DNA of 63,846 bases, filler included, from Polymyxa betae A26-41 (taxonomy: Eukaryota; Protista; Endomyxa: Phytomyxea): NCBI GenBank assembly GCA_003693705.1. It is 6 parts of 6 records of this genome, joined end to end, with 100 filler letters (N's around TTAATTAATTAA, not from the genome) between each part and the next. Parts side by side here need not be neighbours in the genome. Positions count along the whole stretch, not along the records: positions 44,815 to 54,195 come from RBZT01000326.1; positions 54,296 to 57,658 come from RBZT01000346.1; positions 57,759 to 61,469 come from RBZT01000913.1; 3 more parts are not named here. One strand, given 5' to 3'. The stretch's first letter is position 1. Each line of letters opens with the position of its first letter. Positions 49,270 to 61,569 of this stretch are shown here, one piece after another. The translations under genes and the position numbers were made by a program. The notes under the pieces are model-generated. The model made no database searches. It worked only from the letters and a program-made list of their open reading frames with translations, and was not told the DNA's origin.

Positions 49270-51231
49270 TACATGGTAGTGCTTACGATCTCCCATCACG
49301 TATTCGAAAGAGTCGTCGTTATGGTGAAAGTACTGTCGCCAGTTATGAAAGAGATCAGACTGACGTAAAATCCTAACATCATGATAAGAGCCTGGGTAGC
49401 TAGAATCAAGATAGATGATCAAGCCATCATGGTCGACCAGAATGGTATTGTTGAAGGCATTAATCTTCGACCAGTGTAGAAGCGGCGCTCCAATGAAACG
49501 TCCAAATCACTAGGTTTTTGGATCTTGACCAGTGTTCCATCGATAAAGCCCAGACAGCCATGAAATAAAGGCTCTCTGGTTTTTCAATTAAGCTTTTCTG
49601 GCTTCGTCAGGCCATTGAAGTTCATGGCTCAAATGCTGGCAGATTAGCTCGCATAAGAAAAACCAATCGTCGCATAGAGAGGAGCGTGGACATTCCAACG
49701 AGCTGATTCGTCTCTAGCGGTTGATCCTAATTGTTTCATACTATTAGTCTATCTGATAGCCGTTAATTAAAACCGATCAAACCTTCTTTAGAAAAAGGAT
49801 TGCAGCAAGGGTTTTCTTCCGGGGCCAGCAATCAGCTGCCTAGTTGATAGGGCTCCGATCGGGTTCAGGTAGTATCCGAAAAACCCGGGTCGGGTTCGGG
49901 TAGCGGGACGATACCCGACCCGACTACCCGACTGTATCCGACGGTTAATAATTTGAGCTGTATAAACGGCGTACGGTTTTACGTTCAGCTCCCATTTGTG
50001 TATTTTTTCAAGTTGCATCATTGCAGTGGTCACTAATATGGCAACCCGCATGAGCAAAGCACCCATTTCGTCACCGACGCTTTCGCAACTATTCCGAAAA
50101 ATGACTTCAAAATTGATTACTCTGACATTATCGAACTTGTTTCACTTTTGATAATCTCTAATTGGGAGAAAAAGTGACCGATTGGGAGAAATATGTACTG
50201 CTGAACATGTCCCCACCGTTACCACAATGAAGCAAGGATGATTCTTCTCTTTTCACGTACCTCGATGTTCTCTCATTGCGTTTGTGAAGGCCAATAATGG
50301 ACGAGGCCGACAAATATTTGAACTTGCGCTGCGAGTATTCTTTTGTTGATCCTTTATATTACATTACATCGCATGCGATGCAGTTTCACATCTTTTGTCG
50401 AAAGAGACATACTGTCAATTCCTGGATCGTCCGTGTCGGATTAAAGAAATTTTTAACTGTGGACACAATGTGTTTTAAACTGAGTCGACATTCTCTTCAG
50501 CCTGAGACACTAAGTGCATTGACGTTAGGTTATAACGCACCCAATCAAGATGTGTATACAGCGTTTCTGTAAATTTTTTCTCTCGCCATACAATTGTCGG
50601 GTAGCTTACCCGACCCGACCCGAAAAAGTCTGGTCGGGTTCGGGTATGGGGCTGGTATCCGACCTGACCCGACCAGATCGGAGCCCTACTAGTTGACCGA
50701 GCTGTCGTACCAATAACCGGGACAAGAATTCTTTTCTATTCCTATGAGCTCGTTTATTCTGGTCTAATTATATTGTAATACTAGTTCAATCACCTCCCAT
50801 TCTGGATTTGTGAAGCCAACGACTCTGTAAAACCGAGACTCGTGCCCGGAGAGCATACTGACAAGAAAATGGTATGCACCACGAAGTGTGGGTCGACGCT
50901 GTGGTCCCTGTCCTGGTGGTCGCCCATCCTGTAGTCGTCTTCGTCGAGCAGCTCGACTATAAGGGTGCAGGCATGCGTTATCAGACTACACTGCCTGCTG
51001 GCAATATCTAATACACGAACCGTCGATTCCAGTTCCTCTTCTGAGTCTTCATCGGTTTCGAAGAAGCCATCGCCATCGCTTTCGACATCAGCCATTATGA
51101 GAGACCCCTATATGGATAGCGTATGTTTTAACGTATCATTTGTTTCGCACTATTTACGGACAAGCAAGAAACTGAAGGTATGATTTATTTTTAGATGCGA
51201 AAAAGATACGTTTACGTATTTACGGACAGCC
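49270..51231 (-). mobile_element. Harbinger-type (DDE_Tnp_4) transposon relic interrupted by a hAT element
   Basis: Acidic N-terminus (ATG 51095); PVIGTTARST|RQLIAGPGRKP is restored on removing the insertion; GCLGFIDGTLVKIQKP..NNTILVDHDGLIIYLDSSYPGSYHD..YVMGD; candidate TIR GGCTGTCCGTAAATA at 51217-51231. Confidence 0.85.
49848..50688 (+). mobile_element. Non-autonomous hAT element (841 bp)
   Basis: TIR TAGGGCTCCGATC / GATCGGAGCCCTA; perfect 8-bp TSD CTAGTTGA (49840-49847 and 50689-50696); ACCCG/CGGGT subterminal repeats; dimerisation-domain relic DEADKYL..DPL..RHSLQPETLSAL. Confidence 0.93.
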
Positions 51232-51824
51232 TAGTGAAGCAAAATGTTCTGTACCGGTAGCTTGAATGTTGCTGCATTTTGTATTACATCGATATTGATT
51301 ACACCTCAATTACATCTCTTTGGTCTTTTGAACAAAAAGGAATGCAGATCGTTCTGCTTGAGCATTGCAATGCGCTGTGCGCTTTTTTCTGGGGATAAAT
51401 CATAAAGATGATAGCGAAGTTTTTAATTTCATTTATTAATACATTGTCATCATTCACGCGTCTTATAAGGCAGTCATTGGAACATTTTCTACGGATTGGT
51501 TCCGACCATAGGCTGATGGCAAACAGCACACGTCCCCATGTCTTCACGTAATCCCGACGAGTTACGGCCAGGTCCGTTGGAGGACATCACAAGCAAGCGA
51601 GCGATAACTAGTGCGCAAACTAAATGTGCGCATGTTGCGCAGTACAAAACTGCGGAGGCAAACTTTGCTTATTATAGATAATACTATCTTATTAATTAAT
51701 AGTTATCTCACCTATAACTTATACAAACCTTGTCCATAGACCATAACCACAACAGCATTACGAACCCAAATACAGCGCAGCCCTTGCACTTACACAGTTA
51801 CACGCTGCGTTTCTGTCGATCGGT

Positions 51825-52985
51825 TTGTATGGCGAGTTATTTCCAACTCTCACATCTGACGTTTATGATCTGGACTCAACCCGTCTCCTTCATTGCTTTT
51901 GCTGTACTGATATGGCGACACATACACCTGTAACATTCCCCTTCAATGATTATGAAGAGGATGAACTTAAACTCCTTTACGCGACAAACGAACTCGCCCA
52001 TGCAGCCGAAATTGGTGATCTCGAGTACCTTTATCTGTTGGAAACCCGGCTCGGTGGCTTATATTATTATCCTGATATCGCCTTATCTGCTCTACAAGCG
52101 GGGCAGTTCAAATTCTGGGCTAGAATGCTCGCACTATGTCGCACGTCATGTTTAGCACTTGATCGAGACTATTATGGCTTGACTTTTTTTCTGCAGCCTG
52201 TCGAGGATATATTGACAGTCGAAATTGATGAAGATCTGCGATTTAATGCGATCAAATTTGCTGTGGAGGGATTTATTCAGCAACAACCCAGCAAAGAGGA
52301 TATTGTCCTCCCACCGAATGCAAATTACAATCTTCCTCCGGATTACCAAACGATCTGGTCTCTGGGTAATATCCGTACTATCCCCGATGATATTCCCGGC
52401 CGATATAACATTATCTCTCGTTCAATCGTTAGAGGGCGGGAAAAGATTCTCAATTATTTGCTGGAAGAAGTTGGAGTGCGTTGTCGCCTTCGACATCTTC
52501 AAAACATCGCGATGAGATTTCGTCGTGATCTGTATGAACTGGTTCGCAATCATTTACGTCCTGAAATAACTGAAATTCCTGATGCATGTCAATATCGTGA
52601 ACCAAATGATGCAGATTTCTTGTATCACATCGTGACCGCCGCTGAAAACAGTTATCCAAATGATTATGACGCTCACTTGGCTGTCGTCGATTTCTTGAAC
52701 TATAATCCAGTATTCATTCAGAAACTTCCATCAGCAATGAAATTACTTCAAGAGTGTAAGCAATTACCAACTTGGATGCTGGATCGATTTTTAAGCGATT
52801 TTGAAACTGTCGATGTTCTGATTGTAATCGATCGAGTTCTTGATCATTTCCGAGATGAATGTGGTCATGATATCGTCACTCTGGATATATCGCCGACTCC
52901 TTTTTGGTATCGCATTTATTATCAGTATTCAGATGATATATATGGTGATTTCTATGAGATAATCCACGATGATATTAATGTGTGA
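51825..52985 (+). CDS. Intronless hypothetical protein with weak ankyrin-like helices
   Basis: 386-aa ORF (ATG probably at 51912); AHAAEIGDLEYLYLL and SIVRGREKILNYLLEE; acidic Asp/Tyr-rich reading continues past the stop. Confidence 0.55.
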   Translation: MYGELFPTLTSDVYDLDSTRLLHCFCCTDMATHTPVTFPFNDYEEDELKLLYATNELAHAAEIGDLEYLYLLETRLGGLYYYPDIALSALQAGQFKFWARMLALCRTSCLALDRDYYGLTFFLQPVEDILTVEIDEDLRFNAIKFAVEGFIQQQPSKEDIVLPPNANYNLPPDYQTIWSLGNIRTIPDDIPGRYNIISRSIVRGREKILNYLLEEVGVRCRLRHLQNIAMRFRRDLYELVRNHLRPEITEIPDACQYREPNDADFLYHIVTAAENSYPNDYDAHLAVVDFLNYNPVFIQKLPSAMKLLQECKQLPTWMLDRFLSDFETVDVLIVIDRVLDHFRDECGHDIVTLDISPTPFWYRIYYQYSDDIYGDFYEIIHDDINV

Positions 52986-53593
52986 TCAGTTGCTTTTACA
53001 CCTGAAGATGAACTTTTGAATCGTGACGAATATGATTATCGCAATGGTCTGTATCATGATACTATACTGAATGATCTCTATAATGTCGCTCATACCTTCT
53101 ATTAGATATCGTCTATATGCAGGATGGGTCAAAATTCACGCGATTATCATGATGTTTATTCATCTTCTTCTGCTTCAGACGATAATGCCGCTTCAGCTAA
53201 TGACGATGATGAATGTAACAATTTAAACGGAGGTTGATGTTGTGTAAACTGATTCCTTGATTGAATATTGACATATTACAGATTAAGTATTTGATTGAGC
53301 TTCAGGTCTGATTGTTATAACCAACACTCATCTTATATAAAATTCCAGCTCATTTTCTCCATAATACAGATCTCATCTGTCAGTAATACCATCGGTGAGC
53401 TTCACAGCAGCCTATTTGTATTAACTGCATCTGCGCTTACTGATAACATTGAGGCCATTCAGACTGACCTCCAACAGCACAGAGGCCGCATTCACCCTCT
53501 GCCCAACTTCGTCTTCGATTCAGTTGCGAGTTTAAAGATTAATCTGAGAATCGACTCGATTAACGTTAGTTTATTATATTATCACCAGAAGGA

Positions 53594-53923
53594 TTAGGGG
53601 CTGTACGACGTCGCTTCGCAGGACGTCAAGCAAATTGAATTCTGGTACAATAGAGCAGCGTCGTCAAATAGTCGATCGATCTCCGAACCCGACGCAGCAT
53701 ACGACCGCGCGATCCGCCCGACGCCATCGGCGCCGTCGATCTTAATCCGGTCCGGGAACGACAGCAGGACGCGGACGGCGTCCGCATTCCGGGCCTGTAC
53801 GACCCGGTGCAGAATCGGGCCGCCCTCATGCAGCAGCCACCCGACGCGATCCACCCAGCCGTCCGGCAGAGGCGCTTCCAGCAGCGTGCGCAGCAGGTCG
53901 TGCCGGCCCTCGGCCTCGATCAA
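53594..53923 (-). pseudogene. Ankyrin-repeat gene fragment
   Basis: GGPILHRVVQARNADAVRVLLSFPDRIKIDGADGVGRIARSYA; sharply GC-rich with no clear 5' part. Confidence 0.65.
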
Positions 53924-54195
53924 AGAGCGGACGATCGCCTTAAAGTTGATACCATGCCTCCTATAACTTTCTTATATGTAGGTAGACCTCTATTGATGTC
54001 CGTATAATACGTCTAGAAGCAGATATGAGATGTTCTGTATTACTCTCATAGCATTATCTGTAGCAATATAAAAGCAGAATCGAAATCTCCAGTCTGAAAT
54101 TTTCAATCACCGCTGAATTCAGATCTAATCATTGAATTAGACAGCAACGGTAGCAGAGGTCGTGCTTTCTCAATGAGGGATCTCATCCGTTGAAA

Positions 54196-54295
54196 NNNNN
54201 NNNNNNNNNNNNNNNNNNNNNNNNNNNNNNNNNNNNNNNTTAATTAATTAANNNNNNNNNNNNNNNNNNNNNNNNNNNNNNNNNNNNNNNNNNNN
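54196..54295. other. Artificial contig linker
   Basis: N44-TTAATTAATTAA-N44. Confidence 0.98.
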
Positions 54296-54930
54296 ATATC
54301 ATAACCGAATTTTTCTTTGAAAATTGTGAAAGCTGTCTGGATGACATAATCCAGGACAATCGGGATTCCAACTTGTTTCTGAATTTGATAGGCGATCGAG
54401 ATGCAGCTTCGCAGGCATTGAACGATCTCATCTAAACGGCAGAATGCCGGGAGTGGGTTCTCACGAAGACTGAAGCGATATTCACTCAAGTTTTGCTCCA
54501 CCAGAATCTTGGCGCAGATCAGCTTCGAAACGAGGAGAGTCATCCCCGCTTTGTAGATGGCGGCAAGGTCGGCGGCTTTAAATTTGTCATCGTTGATAAT
54601 CTCCTGGAACTTGTCCATGAATCGTTTCACGAGCTCAGCCTCGTTTGCGATGCTATCGCGATCGCGTTTGTCCGACCAACGAACAACATCAATAAAACAA
54701 TTGGAGACCTCTTCGAGCGTTTCGAGCAGCGATTGGATGCGTTCATCTTTCAGTATTTCATGAGCGTCGAAGGATCGCGGGATGGTTTCGACATCGTTAT
54801 CTGCCCGGTTATCGACGCCAGCCCGAGAACTTGTGAAGAGATACGCAAAAACGAAGCAGCCAATTAAGAAGGAGAGGGCAACAGCAAATTTGAGGCGTGG
54901 ACTTTGAAGACAGCAGCGAGAGGCCAACAT
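54296..54930 (-). CDS. Hypothetical signal-anchored helical protein, 3'-truncated
   Basis: N-terminal TM FAVALSFLIGCFVFAYLF; ORF open to the contig end. Confidence 0.6.
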
Positions 54931-56713
54931 GTTACGAATAGATTACTATTAGAGATGTTTGGATGAAACAAATATTCAATAATATGACGAACGTCCTTGG
55001 AGTAAATCTGAATCAGACCGGAACCTTACAGGTTCTGAGATACTATTCCAGCAGAATGATCAAATATGGATTAATTTTTATCATTGAGGGTTTTGATTGG
55101 TATATAAAAGATTCGAGTCTTTGAGTAGGCAACTATCTTTGGATTCGAATAGTTTGTTCGTAACAACGGACGGTGCTGGATCCATAGCACAAGGCCCAAG
55201 GCATGCCGATCTGACTAGCGTGATGATCAGAGACTTTGGAAAAGACTCACAATTTATAGCTCTGAGATCCATATTGGAAGCAATCTTTCAGATATGAATC
55301 TACGCAAAAAGCTTGTAGAGACGTCACAGCGAGATCACATTGGCTCAATTGGATAGCTTCAAAGTTGAACTATATTAAAACACGCATACTCCAAACTTCC
55401 TCTCGTGGCGAGTTTCCCATCGGTTCGGATAGGTATTTGTTGCGAGTTTGACAAACTAATGAATCGGGAGATAAAGCGCGAGACACTGTCACAAAGACTT
55501 TCGTTACCTTAACAGCTGCTGTTACAGCAGAATATAAAATCGAGCCAATGACAGATGGTGACTATTATTATCAATAACCGGATGCCACCGAAGACAACCC
55601 CCAATACAAACAATCGGACGGCTTTTGGAGTGCCATGGTACGGTACCAAATCGGCAATGGGCGACATGGGCGAATCCGGAGCCAGCTGCTGTTCCACCAG
55701 TAGACCGCCGCTACATAAAAAAACTTGAGTGTCACAGAACTCGTATGGATTGGCAGGTACGACCAACCAAGCAAGAACCACGAGATGCGAATGAATCATC
55801 ACAGTTAGTATGGACAACGTTGAAGCCATGGGTAGCAAATGTTCATACGACAAGGAATGTGAAGAAAAAAACGATCCCGAAGGACCTCGGAATCTTCACC
55901 AAAGTGCGTGACGGCGATGATTGCCTGGGCTGCGCTTCTCAATCCGCTCCTTCGATTGTGTCGTGATAAGTGCGCCTCGAAACACTGGTAGATTTGCCAG
56001 TTACATAAAAAGTGGCTTAAAGCCTTAAACTCAGAAAAATCGGCGCCGTTTTGGAAAACTTTTGCGAAAATTGCGCGGAGGTCGCGCCCTTACAGACGAT
56101 CCCATATCGCCTATAACAAGGCCACCCTCCTTGCAGACTTTTTATGAGGGTGGTCCAAGTAAAAAAAGAGGTAAATAAAAAAGAGGTTCATCAATTTTTC
56201 GTGGTTCGAATGAGGTCATCTATTGCGCGATCTCTTTCCTTTTCTTTGTGGTTTCTCGCTTCAATTACACACTAATCCACTTTTGCTGTAGAATTCTGCG
56301 CCTCAGATTCAGAGCTTCAACTCAATTCCGATTGAAGCAGCTAACGTGTCGCTTCTCTTGCTGCTCTTCTGATCGGCATCCAGGGCAGCATTCATCCGGT
56401 CAAGATCGACAATGAAAGTGGGTACTTAAAACCAACCCCTTTTACAAACGCCCTGTCGATTCGCGCAAATTTGAAAAGAGGTCGCTTTCGCTGTCTCCCC
56501 AGATTCGCTTGTTTGGCTCGAAATCCTCTCGATCGAAGGTACCTTCGGATTTCATATTTCATATCTTTGAAGCGCTTCATGCTTTTTCCACGATGTTTCA
56601 TCTTTCCGCTTCTCTGAGGAATGTTGCTTCTTTTTATATCCTCTCTGTGGCAGTGTTTTCATGCTTTCGACCAAGATGAATTTGCTGCATTTTCTGATAT
56701 TCTTTGATGTTGC

Positions 56714-57658
56714 TTGTCAACAGAGCAAATTGACGAACTCTGCTCACTGAAAAATTTCGATTCGGCGTTGATCGTGCTTCGGGATCTGTCCGAGCCTGAT
56801 GAAATCGACGATGTCGAGCGCCGTCTGCGCTATGTCTACAGTCTGTACGCCAAACATCTCTTCGAGCAGCGCAAGTACGCCTTAGCTTTCAGCAACCAGT
56901 ATCGATCCTCGTCTTGTTCTAGCAGTATGGATGTCTCTATTTACTTTTTTTGCTTGGAGCTTAGTCAATTTTTCTACTTTCTATTGGTGACGATCTCATG
57001 TTTTGTCTCTCCATCTGGTCTTTTTGTTTTCGAATTGTCGTCGATCCGGTTTTCTTTGCTCAAACTGCTTTTCATTTGTTTCTCAATTGGTTTCGTTAAT
57101 CTGCATTGTGCAGTTTATAGCGATTTGAGCGACGAGTCGTTCAGCGCGGAGACGATTGCTTCTATCTCTCCTTATCTGCTTCATGTTCGCAATTCGGCTC
57201 CGCGACAATTTGACTTCAATAAGGTCGCTGATATTACTGCTCTTATTGACACCTTCCTGCTGAAAATATGTCTGAGAAGGTATGAACTTTCCACTTCCTC
57301 TATTCACAGTTGATCAGATCGTTTAAGAATTTTTTCGAGCATTTTCATTTCCTGCATTTTCATTTCCTGCAAATCATTTTCGTGACATTGCTGTTATAGG
57401 CAGATCTCGTTTGGTGATTCCATTTTGACTCAATCGCATTGCTGTGATATCGATGCTGCTGAGAGGGCACTTCTGGGGACGCGAATACGAAGCTCTTCTT
57501 TTCTGTTCAAGCCCGCGGTTGACATCAGAAATCCTTGCTTCTGCTTCGTAGGTTGCACGACCGCCCGGAATCGGGATTTAGAGGCATCCAACATACCATC
57601 GCCTATTTCAGGTAACTCGCTTCATCTATCAATAATAATTGCTCATTGTTCCCGTTTT
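56714..57658 (+). pseudogene. Vps39/Vam6 (TGFBRAP1)-like fragment with disruptions
   Basis: QIDELCSLKNFDSAL..YAKHLFEQRKY; ALIDTFLLKIC; CDIDAAERAL; RG*HQKSLLLL..GIQHTIAY across frames. Confidence 0.6.
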
Positions 57659-57758
57659 NNNNNNNNNNNNNNNNNNNNNNNNNNNNNNNNNNNNNNNNNN
57701 NNTTAATTAATTAANNNNNNNNNNNNNNNNNNNNNNNNNNNNNNNNNNNNNNNNNNNN
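57659..57758. other. Artificial contig linker
   Basis: N44-TTAATTAATTAA-N44. Confidence 0.98.
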
Positions 57759-57766
57759 TCGTACGC

Positions 57767-59899
57767 CTAGCAGGGTCGTTGCAGGAATCGGTCGGATTGA
57801 AGAGTCGTGATTTGGTCCCGAGCTGTTATTTCAATAGCAGCTTGGATGATTGAGGCCGCTTTGTCGCCCCAAGCGGCCCCGTAGCTTGGTCGATCAGGAT
57901 GTAGCAAACAGGGATCCTCATCCTCTTCTTGATAGGGGAAATGGTTAGCGATGGCATGCTCCTGTGCAGAAAATAGATCTAAATGGATTGCTGTCTCCAT
58001 TCGCAGCTATATATTCACGATCAAAACTGGAGAACAACATCAAAATGACAAACCCTACCTCATTACCACCTGTAGATAAGTTTTTGAGGATCCCAAACTT
58101 CTTTTCTACATCCTCCAATCGTTTTTTCCAACTGCATCAGAAATAGGACGACCATCCTGCGGAGCCAGCGCGGCCTCAACAAGCCAAATAACATGCCTGT
58201 TAATGAATCAGAAACCGAAGACGGGTAGTTTTCGAAACCATCAATACAGGCAATAGATGGCATAGCGTCGTTGGTCCGCTGCTCGGACGCTATATAACTC
58301 GGTGATAAACTACAGTCCTTGAAACTGGAATCAGAGAATGGACAAATTACAGCCCTCAATAAAGTACCTGTAAACCGAAACAAAATCCGGGAAAGCTTTT
58401 GAAAGCTTGGCTAGCCGATCAAAGGCAGTGCACTGTCCGTCGACAATGCGACAGCCAAGCTGGTGGAATGGAAATCTGCTCTATATTCAGTAAAATGCTA
58501 ATTGATTGCATATATGGTTTACCTGTCAAAAACTTCGGTCGCCGCTTCAGAGATCTGCTCGTCCAAAGCCAGATCTGCAGCAAAGAGCTCATGGTCCGAC
58601 CCGGCCCTGGATTCTGGCAGCAGAGCGGGCAGTGAGTCAGAGCCAGAGTCCTCAACAGATCCTGGCTCCTCTGGACCAGCAGATTCGCGGTCTTGTTCAG
58701 ATCCACCACCAACTTCTTGATCCGAGTCGCTGCTGTTCGAGCTTTGGAAATTGTCCTCCATTTCCTAAAACCGGAAAGTCAGTTTACAACCTCAAAGGGG
58801 GGGGGGGTTGTTTGACCTGAGAAGAGCTGGCTTGACTGCTGCTCGACTGAGAATTGGAAGCACTCTATGTCAGCATTTCAGTAGGCGTGCAGCTGACTTG
58901 AATCTGAATGATACCTCTTCATCTTGGTCTGAAGCATCATCATCATCCAGCTACTTGAGGAATTCGGGAAAGATGAAGGGTTCGTGGCCAGCACAGCGAA
59001 CTGAAGTCGCGATGCTGAGATCGAAATCCAAACATTTACCGAGGAAGAAGGGCGCCTCCAAATCTCGCAGAAAGCTTTGTGCAAACCCAGGGTCCAGATT
59101 GCCGGTCAAAGAATCGCCCTGAGAAAGATTCGTGTATGATACCATCTCAGCCTTACCTCCGAATGTGTACACAGCTGTGAACACATTGCCTAACTGTTGA
59201 TCAGCCAGATCCAACAGGTTGAGCTTCAAGCGCTGGCCAAACGAACGCAGTTCGCTCGTGTTACGGATGGGGACAGGTTGACAGCCTGAACGCGCATCAG
59301 CTGCACTGCCAAGAGCTGATGTGACCGCATTTTCAACCAGGCTTCGACGGCCATCGTTCATTTGGCCAGGACGGAGGTCCATGACAATAAGGGCGCTCGT
59401 CTTCCTGTGGATCAAAATCAGTTAATACACAAGACGAATGGGTTTCAGAATACCGCCCCATCTTAACAAGTTTTACTCCAGCGTACGCTCGAAGTTTAAC
59501 GACACTGCCTCCGACCGAATCGCGCCAGATCTATCCTCGATGGACTGGAGGAATCCCTGCAAGGACTTTACTATCACTATCATGGGATGGGTTTACCATA
59601 TCGAAGAGCCCTTCGCCGTCGCGGGGCCAGTAGTTGAATTTCCAGCCATCGACATCCACTTTGATGTCGAAATTATCCGGTAGGGGCTGGAGGTCGAACT
59701 TGAAGAACATCGGTCTGTTCACGAACGCCTTCTGCGCCTTGGCGTAATTGTGTCGCAGCCTTGAGTAATCTTGAAGCCATGGTCGCCCCACAATGACCGC
59801 CTCGTCTGGAACACTCTCTTTGGAACCGGTTTCGCTGTCCACTGCTGCCAAAATCTTCAAGAGGCTGTCGAGATCCCCTGCTGGATTCCCAGCTTTCAA
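57767..59899 (-). pseudogene. Large unidentified intron-containing gene with several in-frame TAG stops
   Basis: Chain of same-strand ORFs; protein-like reading continues past TAGs at 59531 and 58951; short GT-AG intron near 59406-59454. Confidence 0.45.
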
Positions 59900-59910
59900 T
59901 ATAATCGCGG

Positions 59911-60990
59911 CTATATCTCACAGCCAGCTTTCGTTGCCGAATATTTCGCCATTATTTTGTTTTGTGTCCATAGTGCGTCGTTAAAAATTTTGTTTTTAGC
60001 TGCTTTGTGTTTTGCCCGATGCTTAGATCGCGATCTTTTCAGTTTTGAGCATTTGATTAATAGGTGTTCGAGTGTTTCGCGCTTACGTAAGCATAATCGG
60101 CATTTATCGTTGGATTCGATGAACAAGTTTTTTAAATGGGCTTTACATCTGGGGCGACCAGTACGTGCTCTATTTAAAAGAGGTCTGTTGTGTTTAACTT
60201 TTATCAATATTCTCTGGGGGCGCGTTTGCACGATATTTTAATTGATCGTGAATGGATATCTCTGTGGATAATCATTGAATTGACTCGATTTAACATTTGT
60301 ATCAGGATATCTCTGTAGTCTAACTCGGGCATGTTTCTTCAAAATGTAAACGATTATGAGCTTAATAAAGGATCGTGTTAGGTTGGGTCCCCAGATTGTG
60401 CGGCGTTCTTTGCTAATTCGTTGAAAGTGTTGCTTTCCGGGATCGCCGGCTCTGTATGATTAGGAAATGCAGTTCCACAGTGTTATTTCGGGCCAGTATG
60501 GCAAGATTATATGCACAGTCCTTAACAACTGCGTGGACATATTGTCGGTTGTATGATGGGAGTGTTGCAGGCTGCTGTAAACAGGATAAAGATTAAAGAT
60601 GTGAATTTTCTGGTTCTTCGGCCGTAGCTGTTTGTAAACGTTTGCGATCCCATACTGGAGGGCAATAATTTCTGTCTCATAGCTTGATGTAGCGTCTGGG
60701 ATGAGAATTCTCTCACAGACCTCGATTGATGAAGTAACTTTATTGGTTTCAGGGACGATAGTTAAAAACTTGATAAAAACAGCTAAGGTTAATCACCGCG
60801 ATGAACAAAGTTTCGAATCTGGTGATTTGTGTTTGCAAAAGCGGAAATCCAGGGATTTTCCAGTATGTCCAGGACAAAAGTTCTGATGAAAATGATTATA
60901 ATTTATAGAATGTCCAAATATATGAGAGAAATAGTTGACATCATTATTACAATGATGTTCAAGGCAATACAATATTGGGTTTAGAGGGGA
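59911..60990 (-). mobile_element. Non-LTR retrotransposon (LINE) 3' fragment: RNase H and CCHC zinc finger
   Basis: ATSSYETEIIALQYGI..KIHIF RNase H-like segment; LNRARTGR..DKCRLCLRKRETLEHLLIKC; degraded. Confidence 0.75.
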
Positions 60991-60999
60991 ATCTACTTC

Positions 61000-61130
61000 T
61001 GTCTGTCGACAGATGAGCGGGCTGCGCATCTGTCGACAGGTGGCGCAACCTGCTGTCTGTCGACAGATATGCGCAGCGGCACCATCATCTGTCTCTCTCT
61101 CTCCCTCTCTCCCAGTCTCTCCCTCTCTCT
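61000..61130. repeat. Three TCTGTCGACAG units followed by a (CT)n-rich tract
   Basis: Read directly from the sequence. Confidence 0.7.
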
Positions 61131-61469
61131 GGTATATATCTGGCTCTGTCTTAGACGTTCGCACACTATGCCTCTTTGCTTCAATATGACTTTATTGAAA
61201 AAACGGACAGCGTGATCCTTTACGATGATCTGTTGCCTCAACGCCATTTTCCCACATAATTAAAGAATAGAGAGATGGTTACAGAGACGCCATTCATTTG
61301 GTAGAAAAGAAACCTGTCAGTCAATGTCAGCTAACAATTTTGAAACACAGCAAGCAGTACATTGAAAGGATCGATCTGACTTGAAATTACTCCAGAACAA
61401 ATGTGATGACAGGGGATATAGGTGCTTCGGAAAGAATCACAATCGCATGAATCTCTGAATGGCACCAAT

Positions 61470-61569
61470 NNNNNNNNNNNNNNNNNNNNNNNNNNNNNNN
61501 NNNNNNNNNNNNNTTAATTAATTAANNNNNNNNNNNNNNNNNNNNNNNNNNNNNNNNNNNNNNNNNNNN
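61470..61569. other. Artificial contig linker
   Basis: N44-TTAATTAATTAA-N44. Confidence 0.98.

Noticed and set aside
49848-49945. CRISPR-like or iteron-like ACCCG/CGGGT repeats
   Set aside because: They are subterminal repeats of the hAT element; there is no repeat-spacer periodicity and no cas gene.
57767-59899. UAG reassignment or readthrough suggested by repeated in-frame TAGs (also at 14462)
   Set aside because: Long conserved genes in the window have no internal TAG, the RIIa gene appears to end in TAG, and the 11023 paralog has GAG at the 14462 position. Ordinary nonsense decay is simpler.
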